This document shows, piece after piece, positions 63,345-64,000 of a stretch of 64,000 nucleotides of DNA (positions are counted from its first letter, which is position 1; each line of letters starts with the position of its first letter). Origin of the DNA: Saccostrea echinata (lineage: Eukaryota); contig NW_026889762.1 in NCBI RefSeq assembly GCF_033153115.1, forward strand, positions 4,898,001 to 4,962,000, given 5' to 3'. Position numbers and translations under genes: made by a program. The notes beneath the pieces were generated by a model. The model was not told the DNA's origin, did no database searches, and saw only the letters and a program-made list of their open reading frames with translations.

Positions 63345-63870
63345 TTTTAGCTCACTTGAGTTTTTCTGGTTTTCTGATCACATTTTGTCTGTCATCCATC
63401 TGTCCTTCTGTAAACTTTTCACATTTTTGTTTTCTTCACTAGAACCACTGAGCCAATTTCAACAAACCTTGCCACAAAGCATCTTCGGGGATATTTTCCA
63501 TCATAAATCTTCTTCTCAAGAACAGCAAGGGTATTATTATCCCCCGTTTTCGCGAAAGGGATCTAGGGGACATTAAATCTCATTTGTCTGTCAGTCTGTC
63601 CATTTGTCAGTCTGTCCGTCTGTCACAATAAATTTAACCTTGGTCATAACTTTCGAATAATAAGAGATGGGGCTTTCATATTTCACATGTACATTACCTA
63701 CAAGAACTTTCTAAACATACTATGATTTTTGAACCCATGACCTTGACCTTGAAGTTTGACCTACTTTTCAAAAAATTTAACATTATTTCAAATTGATCAT
63801 TTTGAAAGACGAAAGATAGGGCATTCATATTATATATGTATATTACCTGTGACAAGACCTTTCTAAATAT
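63345..63870 (+). mobile_element. Two adjacent HINE 5' fragments (family B at 63345, another family at ~63535)
   Basis: TTTTTAGCTCACTTGAG plus GTC microsatellite; TTATCCCCCGTTTTCGCGAAAGGGATCTAGGGGA plus (GTCT)n and TGACCTTGACCTTG central repeat. Confidence 0.7.
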
Positions 63871-64000
63871 ATTGTAATGTTATGTTGTGTTGTTATATTG
63901 AACATTATATTTTGAGATGGTCCCTAAATGCTGTTGATTGACTTGAGTTAACTTTACTTGTTTTATAGTTGTAAATTACGGGAAACTTGCATTTTACAAT

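Overview
AT-rich, intron-containing eukaryotic DNA, very probably from a bivalve mollusc (oyster-like repeat families and gene content), with two assembly gaps (44933-45073, 56053-56188). Three host genes assemble exon by exon with GT-AG junctions and consistent phases: an IAP/BIRC gene (+, 17382-22464; long N-terminal extension, 2 BIR, UBA-like region, RING), BORCS5 (-, 26809-25099) and ALKBH3 (+, 27673-33837). BORCS5 and ALKBH3 are head-to-head on a short shared promoter. A truncated B-box/coiled-coil TRIM-like pseudogene lies at 57248-58143. Much of the remainder is nested mobile DNA: Penelope-like fragments with three minimal hammerhead ribozymes, tRNA-containing mini-LTRs in an ALKBH3 intron, a decayed DIRS-type element, a decayed ISL2EU transposon (SAP-SWIM-YqaJ gene plus internally deleted transposase), Helentron/HINE copies, a 7.5 kb array with serial Helitron-like 3' ends, tRNA-derived SINEs and hAT, Kolobok-like and Tc1/pogo MITEs. 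The most unusual signals are an approximately tenfold excess of TACATGTA with apparent ACATGT insertions in two unrelated dead ORFs, the ribozyme-bearing inverted-repeat Penelope remnant, the 130-bp tRNA-LTR and a duplicated Cys motif in the IAP extension. All calls were made by eye; no searches were run.
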